Origin: Eledone cirrhosa
Taxonomy: Eukaryota
Length of the DNA: 64,000 nucleotides
Direction: 5' to 3'
Assembly: GCA_964016885.1 (NCBI GenBank)
Contig: OZ024744.1
Span: forward strand, 15,376,001 to 15,440,000
The notes beneath the pieces are model-generated. The model was not told the DNA's origin. It saw nothing but the letters and a program-made list of their open reading frames with translations, and made no database searches. Below, in pieces: positions 1-14,474 of this stretch; within the stretch, counting starts at the first letter, position 1, and every line of letters starts with the position of its first letter. A program made the translations under genes and the position numbers.

Positions 1-1689
1 CTCTCTCACATACACACTCTCCCACAAAAGTCCACCCATTCCCACAAGTAGTGGCAAATGTCCAAAACTCTCTCACATCTACACTCTCTCTCTCTCACAT
101 ACACACTCTCCCACAAAAGTCCACCCATTCTCACAAGTAATGGCAAATGTCCAAAACTCTCTCACATATACACTCTCTCTCTCTCTCACATACACACTCT
201 CCCACAAAAGTCCACCCATTCCCACAAGTAATGGCAAATGTCCAAAACTCTCTCACATATACACTCTCTCTCTCTCTCACATACACACTCTCCCACAAAA
301 GTCCACCAATTCCCACAAGTAATGGCAAATGTCCAAAACTCTCTCACATATACACTCTCTCTCTCTCACATACACATTCTCCCACAAAAGTCCACCCATT
401 CCAACAAGTAATGGCAAATGTCCAAAACTCTCTCACATATACACTCTCTCTCTCTCTCACTCTCTCTCTCTCTCACATACACACTCTCCCACAAAAGTCC
501 ACCCATTCCCACAAGTAATGGCAAATGTCCAAAACTCTCTCACATATACACTCTCTCTCTCTCACATACACACTCTCCCACAAAAGTCCACCCATTCCCA
601 CTAGTAATGGCAAATGTCCAAAACTCTCTCACATATACACTCTCTCTCACATACACACTCTCCCACAAAAGTCCACCCATTCCCACAAGTAATAGCAAAT
701 GTCCAAAACTCTCTCACATATACACTCTCTCTCTCTCACAAAAGTCCACCCATTCCCACAAGTAATGACAAATGTCCAAAACTCACTCACATATACACTC
801 TCTCTCTCTCACATACACACTCTCCCACAAAAGTCCACCCATTCCCACAAGTAATGGCAAATGTCCAATACTCTCTCACATATACACTCTCTCTCTCTCA
901 CATACACACTCTCCCACAAAAGTCCACCCATTCCCACAAGTAATGGCAAATGTCCAAAACTCTCTCACATATACACTCTCTCTCTCTCACATACACACTC
1001 TCCCACAAAAGTCCACCCATTCCCACAAGTAATGGCAAATGTCCAAAACTCTCTCACATATACACTCTCTCTCCCTCTCACATACACACTCTCCCACAAA
1101 AGTCCACCCATTCCCACAAGTAATGGCAAATATCCAAAACTCTCACATATACACTCTCTCTCTCTCTCACATACACACTCTCCCACAAAAGTCCACCCAT
1201 TCCCACAAGTAATGGAAAATGTCCAAAACTGTCTCACATATACACTCTCTCTCACATACACACTCTCCCACAAAAGTCCACCCATTCCCACAAGTAATGG
1301 CAAAAGTCCAAAACTCTCTCACATATACACTCTCTCTCTCACATACACACTCTCCCACAAAAGTCCACCCATTCTCACAAGTAATGGCAAATGTCCAAAA
1401 CTCTCTCACATATACACTCTCTCTCTCTCTCTCTCACATACACACTCTCCCACAAAAGTCCACCCATTCCCACAAGTAATGGCAAATGTCCAAAACTCTC
1501 TCACATATACACTCTCTCTCTCTCTCACATACACACTCTCCCACAAAAGTCCACGCATTCCCACAAGTAATGGCAAATGTCCAAAACTCTCTCACATATA
1601 CACTCTCTCTCTCTCACATACACACTCTCCCACAAAAGTCCACCCATTCCAACAAGTAATGGCAAATGTCCAAAACCCTCTCACATATA

Positions 1690-1691
<2 letters not shown>

Positions 1692-1763
<72 letters not shown>
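1692..1763. repeat. (CT)36 microsatellite, the longest in the window (149-bp monomer)
   Basis: 72-bp perfect CT run; monomer spacing 1666 to 1815. Confidence 0.95.
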
Positions 1764-1767
<4 letters not shown>

Positions 1768-2734
1768 TACACACTCTCCCACAAATGTCCACCCAATCCC
1801 ACAAGTAATGGCAAATGTCCAAAACTCTCACACATATACACTCTCTCTCTCTCTCACATACACACTCTCCCACAAAAGTCCACCCATTCCCACTAGTAAT
1901 GGCAAATGTCCAAAACTCTCTCACATATACACTCTCTCTCACATACACACTCTCCCACAAAAGTCCACCCATTCCCACAATTAATGGCAAATGTCCAAAA
2001 CTCTCTCACATATACACTCTCTCTCTCTCACATACACACTCTCCCACAAAAATTCCACCCATTCCCACAAGTAATGGCAAATGTCCAAAACTCTCTCACA
2101 TATACACTCTCTCTCTCTCTCACATACACACTCTCCCACAAAAGTCCACCCATTCCCACAAGTAATGGCAAATGTCCAAAACTCTCTCACATACACACTC
2201 TCCCACAAAAGTCCACCCATTCCCACAAGTAATGGCAAATGTCCAAAACTCTCTCACATATACACTATCTCTCTCTCACATACACACTCTCCCACAAAAG
2301 TCCACCCATTCCCACTAGTAATGGCAAATGTCCAAAACTCTCTCACATATACACTCTCTCTCACATACACACTCTCCCACAAAAGTCCACCCATTCCCAC
2401 AAGTAATGGCAAATGTCCAAAACTCTCTCACATATACACTCTCTCTCTCTCACAAAAGTCCACCGATTCCCACAAGTAATGGCAAACGTCCAAAACTCTC
2501 TCACATATACAATCTCTCTCTCTCTCACATACACACTCTCCCACAAAAGTCCACCCATTCCCACAAGTAATGGCAAATGTCCAAAACTCTCTCACATACA
2601 CACTCTCCCACAAAAGTCCACCCATTCCCACAAGTAGTGGCAAATGTCCAAAACTCTCTCACATCTACACTCTCTCTCTCTCTCACATACACACTCTCCC
2701 ACAAAAGTCCACCCATTCTCACAAGTAATGGCAA

Positions 2735-5700
2735 ATGTCCAAAACTATCTCACATATACACTCTCTCTCTCTCTCTCTCACATACACACTCTCCCACAAA
2801 GGTCCACCCATTCCCACAAGTAATGGCAAATGTCCAAAACTCTCTCACATATACACTCTCTCTCTCTCTCACATACACACTCTCCCACAAAAGTCCACCC
2901 ATTCCCACAAGTAATGGCAAATGTCAAAAACTCTCTCACATATACACTCTCTCTCTCTCACATACACACTCTCCCACAAAAGTCCACCCATTCCAACAAG
3001 TAATGGCAAATGTCCAAAACTCTCTCACATATACACTCTCTCTCTCTCTCTCTCTCTCACATACACACTCTCCCACAAAAGTCCACCCATTCCCACAAGT
3101 AATGGCAAATGTCTAAAACTCTCTCACATATACACTCTCTCTCTCTCACATACACTCTCCCACAAAAGTCCACCCATTCCCACTAGTAATGGCAAATGTC
3201 CAAAACTCTCTCACATATACACACTCTCCCACAAAAGTCCACCCATTCCCACAAGTAATGGCAAATGTCCAAAACTCTCTCACATATACACTCTCTCTCT
3301 CTCACATACACACTCTCCCACAAAAGTCCACCCATTCCCACAAGTAATGGCAAATGTCCAAAACTCTCTCACATATACACTCTCTCTCTCTCTCACATAC
3401 ACACTCTCCCACAAAAGTCCACCCATTCCCACAAGTAATGGCAAATGTCCAAAACTCTCTCACATACACACTCTCCCACAAAAGTCCACCCATTCCCACA
3501 AGTAGTGGCAAATGTCCAAAACTCTCTCACATATACACTCTCTCTCTCTCACATACACACTCTCCCACAAAAGTCCACCCATTCCAACAAGTAATGGCAA
3601 ATGTCCAAAACTCACTCACATATACACTCTCTCTCTCTTTCTCTCTCTCTCTCACATACACACTCTCCCACAAAAGTCCACCCATTCCCACAAGTAATGG
3701 CAAATGTCCAATACTCTCTCACATATACACTCTCTCTCTCTCACATACACACTCTCCCACAAAAGTCCACCCATTCCCACAAGTAATGGCAAATGTCCAA
3801 AACTCTCTCACATATACACTCTCTCTCACATACACACTCTCCTACAAAAGTCCACCCATTCCCACAAGTAATGGCAAATGTCCAAAACTCTCTCACATAT
3901 ACACTCTCTCTCTCTCACATACACACTCTCCCACAAAAGTCCACCCATTCCCACTAGTAATGGCAAATGTCCAAAACTCTCTCACATATACACTCTCTCT
4001 CACATACACACTCTCCTACAAAAGTCCACCCATTCCCACAAGTAATGGCAAATGTCCAAAACTCTCTCACATATACACTCTCTCTCTCTCACATACACAC
4101 TCTCCCACAAAAGTCCACCCATTCCCACAAGTAATGGCAAATGTCCAAAACTCTCTCACATATACACTCTCTCTCTCTCTCTCACATACACACTCTCCCA
4201 CAAAAGTCCACCCATTCCCACAAGTAATGGCAAATGTTCAAAACTCTCTCACATACACACTCTCCCACAAAAGTCCACCCATTCCCACAAGTAATGGCAA
4301 ATGTCCCAAACTCTCTCACATATACACTCTCTCTCTCTCACATACACACTCTCCCACAAAAGTCCACCCATTCCCACTAGTAATGGCAAATGTCCAAAAC
4401 TCTCTCACATATACACTCTCTCTCTCTCTCTCTCACATACACACTCTCCCACAAAGGTCCACCCATTCCCACAAGTAATGGCAAATGTCCAAAACTCTCT
4501 CACATATACACTCTCTCTCTCTCTCACATACACACTCTCCCACAAAAGTCCACCCATTCCCACAAGTAATGGCAAATGTCAAAAACTCTCTCACATATAC
4601 ACTCTCTCTCTCTCACATACACACTCTCCCACAAAAGTCCACCCATTCCAACAAGTAATGGCAAATGTCCAAAGCTCTCTCACATATACACTCTCTCTCT
4701 CTCTCTCTCTCTCTCTCACATACACACTCTCCCACAAAAGTCCACCCATTCCCACAAGTAATGGCAAATGTCTAAAACTCTCTCACATATACACTCTCTC
4801 TCTCTCACATACACTCTCCCACAAAAGTCCACCCATTCCCACTAGTAATGGCAAATGTCCAAAACTCTCTCACATATACACACTCTCCCACAAAAGTCCA
4901 CCCATTCCCACAAGTAATGGCAAATGTCCAAAACTCTCTCACATATACACTCTCTCTCTCTCACATACACACTCTCCCACAAAAGTCCACCCATTCCCAC
5001 AAGTAATGGCAAATGTCCAAAACTCTCTCACATATACACTCTCTCTCTCTCTCACATACACACTCTCCCACAAAAGTCCACCCATTCCCACAAGTAATGG
5101 CAAATGTCCAAAACTCTCTCACATACACACTCTCCCACAAAAGTCCACCCATTCCCACAAGTAGTGGCAAATGTCCAAAACTCTCTCACATATACACTCT
5201 CTCTCTCTCACATACACACTCTCCCACAAAAGTCCACCCATTCCAACAAGTAATGGCAAATGTCCAAAACTCTCTCACATATACACTCTCTCTCTCTTTC
5301 TCTCTCTCTCTCACATACACACTCTCCCACAAAAGTCCACCCATTCCCACAAGTAATGGCAAATGTCCAATACTCTCTCACATATACACTCTCTCTCTCT
5401 CACATACACACTCTCCCACAAAAGTCCACCCATTCCCACAAGTAATGACAAATGTCCAAAACTCTCTCACATATACACTCTCTCTCACATACACACTCTC
5501 CTACAAAAGTCCACCCATTCCCACAAGTAATGGCAAATGTCCAAAACTCTCTCACATATACACTCTCTCTCTCTCACATACACACTCTCCCACAAAAGTC
5601 CACCCATTCCCACTAGTAATGGCAAATGTCCAAAATTCTCTCACATATACACTCTCTCTCACATACACACTCTCCTACAAAAGTCCACCCATTCCCACAA

Positions 5701-6048
5701 GTAATGGCAAATGTCCAAAACTCTCTCACATATACACTCTCTCTCTCTCACATACACACTCTCCCACAAAAGTCCACCCATTCCCACAAGTAATGGCAAA
5801 TGTCCAAAACTCTCTCACATATACACTCTCTCTCTCTCTCTCACATACACACTCTCCCACAAAAGTCCACCCATTCCCACAAGTAATGGCAAATGTCCAA
5901 AACTCTCTCACATACACACTCTCCCACAAAAGTCCACCCATTCCCACAAGTAATGGCAAATGTCCCAAACTCTCTCACATATACACTCTCTCTCTCTCAC
6001 ATACACACTCTCCCACAAAAGTCCACCCATTCCCACTAGTAATGGCAA
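2735..6048. repeat. Tandem higher-order duplication, unit ~1655-1659 bp (19 monomers; 2735-4389 / 4390-6048)
   Basis: Private variants recur in the same order at a 1655-1659 offset: ACAAAGGTCC, GTCAAAAA (2921/4576), GTCTAAAA, the 69-bp monomer, paired CCTACAAAA and GTCCCAAA (4301/5960). Confidence 0.88.
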
Positions 6049-8874
6049 ATGTCCAAAACTCTCTCACATATACACTCTCTCTCACATACACACTCTCCCA
6101 CAAAAGTCCACCCATTCCCACAAGTAATGGCAAATGTCCAAAACTCTCTCACATATACACTCTCTCTCTCTCACAAAAGTCCACCCATTCCCACAAGTAA
6201 TGGCAAATGTCCAAAACTCTCTCACATATACACTCTCTCTCTCTCTCACATACACACTCTCCCACAAAAGTCCACCCATTCCCACAAGTAATGGCAAATG
6301 TCCAAAACTCTCTCACATACACACTCTCCCACAAAAGTCCACCCATTCCCACAAGTAGTGGCAAATGTCCAAAACTCTCTCACATCTACACTCTCTCTCT
6401 CTCTCTCACATACACACTCTCCCACAAAAGTCCACCCATTCTCACAAGTAATGGCAAATGTCCAAAACTCTCACATATACACTCTCTCTCTCTCTCACAT
6501 ACACACTCTCCCACAAAAGTCCACCCATTCCCACAAGTAATGGCAAATGTCCAAAACTCTCTCACATATACACTCTCTCTCTCTCTCACATACACACTCT
6601 CCCACAAAAGTCCACCCATTCCCACAAGTAATGGCAAATGTCCAAAACTCTCTCACATATACACTCTCTCTCTCTCACATACACACTCTCCCACAAAAGT
6701 CCACCCATTCCAACAAGTAATGGCAAATGTCCAAAACTCTCTCACATATACACTCTCTCTCTCTCTCTCTCTCACTCTCTCTCTCTCTCACATACACACT
6801 CTCCCACAAAAGTCCACCCATTCCCACTAGTAATGGCAAATGTCCAAAACTCTCTCACATATACACTCTCTCTCACATACACACTCTCCCAAAAAAGTCC
6901 ACCCATTCCCACAAGTAATGGCAAATGTCCAAAACTCTCTCACATATACACTCTCTCTCTCTCACATACACACTCTCCCACAAAAGTCCACACATTCCCA
7001 CAAGTAATGGCAAATGTCCAAAACTCTCTCACATATACACTCTCTCTCTCTCACATACACACTCTCCCACAAAAGTCCACACATTCCCACAAGTAATGGC
7101 AAATGTCCAAAACTCTCTCACATACACACTCTCCCACAAAAGTCCACCCATTCCCACAAGTAGTGGCAAATGTCCAAAACTCTCTCACATATACACTCTC
7201 TCTCTCTCACATACACACTCTCCCACAAAAGTCCACCCATTCCCACAAGTAATAGCAAATGTCCAAAACTCTCTCACATATACACTCTCTCTCTCTCTCA
7301 CATAAACACTCTCCCACAAAAGTCCACCCATTCCCACAAGTAATGGCAAATGTCCAAAACTCTCTCACATATACACTCTCTCTCTCTCACATACACACTC
7401 TCCCACAAAAGTCCACCCATTCCCACAAGTAATGGCAAATGTCCAAAACTCTCTCACATATACACTCTCTCTCTCTCTCTCACATACACACTCTCCCACA
7501 AAAGTCCACCCATTCCCACAAGTAATTGCAAATGTCCAAAACTCTCTGACATATACACTCTCTCTCTCTCACATACACACTCTCCCACAAAAGTCCACCC
7601 ATTCCCACAAGTAATGGCAAATATCCAAAACTCTCTCACATATACACTCTCTCTCTCTCACATACACACTCTCCCACAAAAGTCCACCCATTCCCACAAG
7701 TAATGGAAAATATCCAAAACTGTCTCACATATACACTCTCTATCACATACACACTCTCCCACAAAAGTCCACCCATTCCCACAAGTAATGGCAAAAGTCC
7801 AAAACTCTCTCACATATACACTCTCTCTCTCTCACATACACACTCTCCCACAAAAGTCCACCCATTCCCACAAGTAATGACAAATGTCCAAAACTCTCTC
7901 ACATATACACTCTCTCTCTCTCACATACACACTCTCCCACAAAATTCCACCCATTCCCACAAGTAATGGCAAATGTCCAAAACTCTCTCACATATACACT
8001 CTCTCTCTCTCACATACACACTCTCCCACAAAAGTCCACCCATTCCCACAAGTAATGGCAAATGTCCAATACTCTCTCACATATACACTCTCTCTCTCTC
8101 ACATACACACTCTCCCACAAAAGTCCACCCATTCCCACAAGTAATGGCAAATGTCCAAAACTCTCTCACATATACACTCTCTCTCTCTCTCACATACACA
8201 CTCTCCCACAAAAGTCCACCCATTCCCACAAATAATGGCAAATGTCCAAAACTCTCTCACATATACACTCTCTCTCCCTCTCACATACACACTCTCCCAC
8301 AAAAGTCCACCCATTCCCACAAGTAATGGCAAATATCCAAAACTCTCACATATACACTCTCTCTCTCTCTCACATACACACTCTCCCACAAAAGTCCACC
8401 CATTCCCACAAGTAATGGAAAATGTCCAAAACTGTCTCACATATACACTCTCTCTCACATACACACTCTCCCACAAAAGTCCACCCATTCCCACAAGTAA
8501 TGGCAAAAGTCCAAAACTCTCTCACATATACACTCTCTCTCTCTCACATACACACTCTCCCACAAAAGTCCACCCATTCTCACAAGTAATGGCAAATGTC
8601 CAAAACTCTCTCACATACACACTCTCCCACAAAAGTCCACCCATTCCCACAAGTAATGGCAAATGTCCAAAACTCTCTCACATATACACTCTCTCTCTCT
8701 CTCTCTCTCTCACATACACACTCTCCCACAAAAGTCCACGCATTCCCACAAGTAATGGCAAATGTCCAAAACTCTCTCACATATACACTCTCTCTCTCTC
8801 ACATACACACTCTCACACAAAAGTCCACCCATTCCAACAAGTAATGGCAAATGTCCAAAACTCTCTCACATATA

Positions 8875-8876
<2 letters not shown>

Positions 8877-8924
<48 letters not shown>
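8877..8924. repeat. (CT)24 microsatellite followed by an extended CA run
   Basis: Direct read of the sequence. Confidence 0.9.
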
Positions 8925-8932
<8 letters not shown>

Positions 8933-11900
8933 TACACACTCTCCCACAAAAGTCCACCCATTCCCACAAGTAATGGCAAATGTCCAAAACTCTCACACAT
9001 ATACACTCTCTCTCTCTCACATACACACTCTCCCACAAAAGTCCACCCATTCCCACTAGTAATGGCAAATGTCCAAAGCTCTCTCACATATACACTCTCT
9101 CTCACATACACACTCTCCCACAAAAGTCCACCCATTCCCACAATTAATGGCAAATGTCCAAAACTCTCTCACATATACACTCTCTCTCTCTCTCACATAC
9201 ACACTCTCCCACAAAAGTCCACCCATTCCCACAAGTAATGGCAAATGTCCAAAACTCTCTCACATATACACTCTCTCTCTCTCTCACATACACACTCTCC
9301 CACAAAAGTCCACCCATTCCCACAAGTAATGGCAAATGTCCAAAACTCTCTCACATACACACTCTCCCACAAAAGTCCACCCATTCCCACAAGTAGTGGC
9401 AAATGTCCAAAACTCTCTCACATATACACTCTCTCTCTCTCACATACACACTCTCCCACAAAAGTCCACCCATTCCAACAAGTAATGGCAAATGTCCAAA
9501 ACTCTCTCACATATACACTCTCTCTCTCTTTCTCTCTCTCTCTCACATACACACTCTCCCACAAAAGTCCACCCATTCCCACAAGTAATGGCAAATGTCC
9601 AATACTCTCTCACATATACACTCTCTCTCTCTCACATACACACTCTCCCACAAAAGTCCACCCATTCCCACAAGTAATGACAAATGTCCAAAACTCTCTC
9701 ACATATACACTCTCTCTCACATACACACTCTCCTACAAAAGTCCACCCATTCCCACAAGTAATGGCAAATGTCCAAAACTCTCTCACATATACACTCTCT
9801 CTCTCTCACATACACACTCTCCCACAAAAGTCCACCCATTCCCACTAGTAATGGCAAATGTCCAAAATTCTCTCACATATACACTCTCTCTCACATACAC
9901 ACTCTCCTACAAAAGTCCACCCATTCCCACAAGTAATGGCAAATGTCCAAAACTCTCTCACATATACACTCTCTCTCTCTCACATACACACTCTCCCACA
10001 AAAGTCCACCCATTCCCACAAGTAATGGCAAATGTCCAAAACTCTCTCACATATACACTCTCTCTCTCTCTCTCACATACACACTCTCCCACAAAAGTCC
10101 ACCCATTCCCACAAGTAATGGCAAATGTCCAAAACTCTCTCACATACACACTCTCCCACAAAAGTCCACCCATTCCCACAAGTAATGGCAAATGTCCCAA
10201 ACTCTCTCACATATACACTCTCTCTCTCTCACATACACACTCTCCCACAAAAGTCCACCCATTCCCACTAGTAATGGCAAATGTCCAAAACTCTCTCACA
10301 TATACACTCTCTCTCACATACACACTCTCCCACAAAAGTCCACCCATTCCCACAAGTAATGGCAAATGTCCAAAACTCTCTCACATATACACTCTCTCTC
10401 TCTCACAAAAGTCCACCCATTCCCACAAGTAATGGCAAATGTCCAAAACTCTCTCACATATACACTCTCTCTCTCTCTCACATACACACTCTCCCACAAA
10501 AGTCCACCCATTCCCACAAGTAATGGCAAATGTCCAAAACTCTCTCACATACACACTCTCCCACAAAAGTCCACCCATTCCCACAAGTAGTGGCAAATGT
10601 CCAAAACTCTCTCACATCTACACTCTCTCTCTCTCTCTCACATACACACTCTCCCACAAAAGTCCACCCATTCTCACAAGTAATGGCAAATGTCCAAAAC
10701 TCTCACATATACACTCTCTCTCTCTCTCACATACACACTCTCCCACAAAAGTCCACCCATTCCCACAAGTAATGGCAAATGTCCAAAACTCTCTCACATA
10801 TACACTCTCTCTCTCTCTCACATACACACTCTCCCACAAAAGTCCACCCATTCCCACAAGTAATGGCAAATGTCCAAAACTCTCTCACATATACACTCTC
10901 TCTCTCTCACATACACACTCTCCCACAAAAGTCCACCCATTCCAACAAGTAATGGCAAATGTCCAAAACTCTCTCACATATACACTCTCTCTCTCTCTCT
11001 CTCTCACTCTCTCTCTCTCTCACATACACACTCTCCCACAAAAGTCCACCCATTCCCACTAGTAATGGCAAATGTCCAAAACTCTCTCACATATACACTC
11101 TCTCTCACATACACACTCTCCCAAAAAAGTCCACCCATTCCCACAAGTAATGGCAAATGTCCAAAACTCTCTCACATATACACTCTCTCTCTCTCACATA
11201 CACACTCTCCCACAAAAGTCCACACATTCCCACAAGTAATGGCAAATGTCCAAAACTCTCTCACATATACACTCTCTCTCTCTCACATACACACTCTCCC
11301 ACAAAAGTCCACACATTCCCACAAGTAATGGCAAATGTCCAAAACTCTCTCACATACACACTCTCCCACAAAAGTCCACCCATTCCCACAAGTAGTGGCA
11401 AATGTCCAAAACTCTCTCACATATACACTCTCTCTCTCTCACATACACACTCTCCCACAAAAGTCCACCCATTCCCACAAGTAATAGCAAATGTCCAAAA
11501 CTCTCTCACATATACACTCTCTCTCTCTCTCACATACACACTCTCCCACAAAAGTCCACCCATTCCCACAAGTAATGGCAAATGTCCAAAACTCTCTCAC
11601 ATATACACTCTCTCTCTCTCACATACACACTCTCCCACAAAAGTCCACCCATTCCCACAAGTAATGGCAAATGTCCAAAACTCTCTCACATATACACTCT
11701 CTCTCTCTCTCTCACATACACACTCTCCCACAAAAGTCCACCCATTCCCACAAGTAATTGCAAATGTCCAAAACTCTCTGACATATACACTCTCTCTCTC
11801 TCACATACACACTCTCCCACAAAAGTCCACCCATTCCCACAAGTAATGGCAAATATCCAAAACTCTCTCACATATACACTCTCTCTCTCTCACATACACA

Positions 11901-13105
11901 CTCTCCCACAAAAGTCCACCCATTCCCACAAGTAATGGAAAATATCCAAAACTGTCTCACATATACACTCTCTATCACATACACACTCTCCCACAAAAGT
12001 CCACCCATTCCCACAAGTAATGGCAAAAGTCCAAAACTCTCTCACATATACACTCTCTCTCTCTCACATACACACTCTCCCACAAAAGTCCACCCATTCC
12101 CACAAGTAATGACAAATGTCCAAAACTCTCTCACATATACACTCTCTCTCTCTCACATACACACTCTCCCACAAAATTCCACCCATTCCCACAAGTAATG
12201 GCAAATGTCCAAAACTCTCTCACATATACACTCTCTCTCTCTCACATACACACTCTCCCACAAAAGTCCACCCATTCCCACAAGTAATGGCAAATGTCCA
12301 ATACTCTCTCACATATACACTCTCTCTCTCTCACATACACACTCTCCCACAAAAGTCCACCCATTCCCACAAGTAATGGCAAATGTCCAAAACTCTCTCA
12401 CATATACACTCTCTCTCTCTCTCACATACACACTCTCCCACAAAAGTCCACCCATTCCCACAAATAATGGCAAATGTCCAAAACTCTCTCACATATACAC
12501 TCTCTCTCCCTCTCACATACACACTCTCCCACAAAAGTCCACCCATTCCCACAAGTAATGGCAAATATCCAAAACTCTCACATATACACTCTCTCTCTCT
12601 CTCACATACACACTCTCCCACAAAAGTCCACCCATTCCCACAAGTAATGGAAAATGTCCAAAACTGTCTCACATATACACTCTCTCTCACATACACACTC
12701 TCCCACAAAAGTCCACCCATTCCCACAAGTAATGGCAAAAGTCCAAAACTCTCTCACATATACACTCTCTCTCTCTCACATACACACTCTCCCACAAAAG
12801 TCCACCCATTCTCACAAGTAATGGCAAATGTCCAAAACTCTCTCACATACACACTCTCCCATAAAGTCCACCCATTCCCACAAGTAATGGCAAATGTCCA
12901 AAACTCTCTCACATATACACTCTCTCTCTCTCTCTCTCTCTCACATACACACTCTCCCACAAAAGTCCACGCATTCCCACAAGTAATGGCAAATGTCCAA
13001 AACTCTCTCACATATACACTCTCTCTCTCTCACATACACACTCTCACACAAAAGTCCACCCATTCCAACAAGTAATGGCAAATGTCCAAAACTCTCTCAC
13101 ATATA

Positions 13106-13107
<2 letters not shown>

Positions 13108-13165
<58 letters not shown>
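13108..13165. repeat. (CT)29 microsatellite, paralog of 8877-8924
   Basis: Direct read; same position within the 4.23-kb unit. Confidence 0.9.
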
Positions 13166-13173
<8 letters not shown>

Positions 13174-14436
13174 TACACACTCTCCCACAAAAGTCCACCC
13201 ATTCCCACAAGTAATGGCAAATGTCCAAAACTCTCACACATATACACTCTCTCTCTCTCACATACACACTCTCCCACAAAAGTCCACCCATTCCCACTAG
13301 TAATGGCAAATGTCCAAAGCTCTCTCACATATACACTCTCTCTCACATACACACTCTCCCACAAAAGTCCACCCATTCCCACAATTAATGGCAAATGTCC
13401 AAAACTCTCTCACATATACACTCTCTCTCTCTCTCACATACACACTCTCCCACAAAAGTCCACCCATTCCCACAAGTAATGGCAAATGTCAAAAACTCTC
13501 TCACATATACACTCTCTCTCTCTCTCACATACACACTCTCCCACAAAAGTCCACCCATTCCCACAAGTAATGGCAAATGTCCAAAACTCTCTCACATACA
13601 CACTCTCCCACAAAAGTCCACCCATTCCCACAAGTAATGGCAAATGTCCAAAACTCTCTCACATATACACTATCTCTCTCTCACATACACACTCTCCCAC
13701 AAAAGTCCACCCATTCCCACTAGTAATGGCAAATGTCCAAAACTCTCTCACATATACACTCTCTCTCACATACACACTCTCCCACAAAAGTCCACCCATT
13801 CCCACAAGTAATGGCAAATGTCCAAAACTCTCTCACATATACACTCTCTCTCTCTCACAAAAGTCCACCGATTCCCACAAGTAATGGCAAATGTCCAAGA
13901 CTCTCTCACATATACAATCTCTCTCTCTCTCACATACACACTCTCCCACAAAAGTCCACCCATTCCCACAAGTAATGGCAAATGTCCAAAACTCTCTCAC
14001 ATACACACTCTCCCACAAAAGTCCACCCATTCCCACAAGTAGTGGCAAATGTCCAAAACTCTCTCACATCTACACTCTCTCTCTCTCTCACATACACACT
14101 CTCCCACAAAAGTCCACCCATTCTCACAAGTAATGGCAAATGTTCAAAACTCTCTCACATATACACCCTCTCTCTCTCTCTCACATACACACTCTCCCAC
14201 AAAAGTCCACCCATTCCCACAAGTAATGGCAAATGTCCAAAACTCTCTCACATATACACTCTCTCTCTCTCTCACATACACACTCTCCCACAAAAGTCCA
14301 CCCATTCCCACAAGTAATGGCAAATGTCCAAAACTCTCTCACATATACACTCTCTCTCTCTCACATACACACTCTCCCACAAAAGTCCACCCATTCCAAC
14401 AAGTAATGGCAAATGTCCAAAACTCTCTCACATATA

Positions 14437-14474
<38 letters not shown>

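Larger units (their letters stand above)
5013..13485. repeat. Tandem higher-order duplication, unit 4232-4241 bp (5013-9244 / 9245-13485)
   Basis: The ORF track repeats at exactly +4232 (5013/9245, 6207/10439, 7703/11935, 8151/12383). The offset shifts to +4241 after a 1-bp loss near 12861 and (CT)24 vs (CT)29. Confidence 0.93.

Noticed and set aside
598-605. Short palindromes in variants (ACTAGT, ATTAAT, TGTACA)
   Set aside because: They arise from single substitutions in the consensus. They are useful as restriction markers but give no evidence of function.
5013-6200. 395-aa ORF (also 9245, 18675, 21356) and the other long + strand ORFs such as 861-1808, 3354-4478 and 58403-59365
   Set aside because: They translate only the repeat (S/H/L/T/P-rich frame variants). 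Each monomer has a single stop (AAGTAA), so ORFs persist whenever monomer lengths happen to skip that frame. No domain or unique coding sequence is present.
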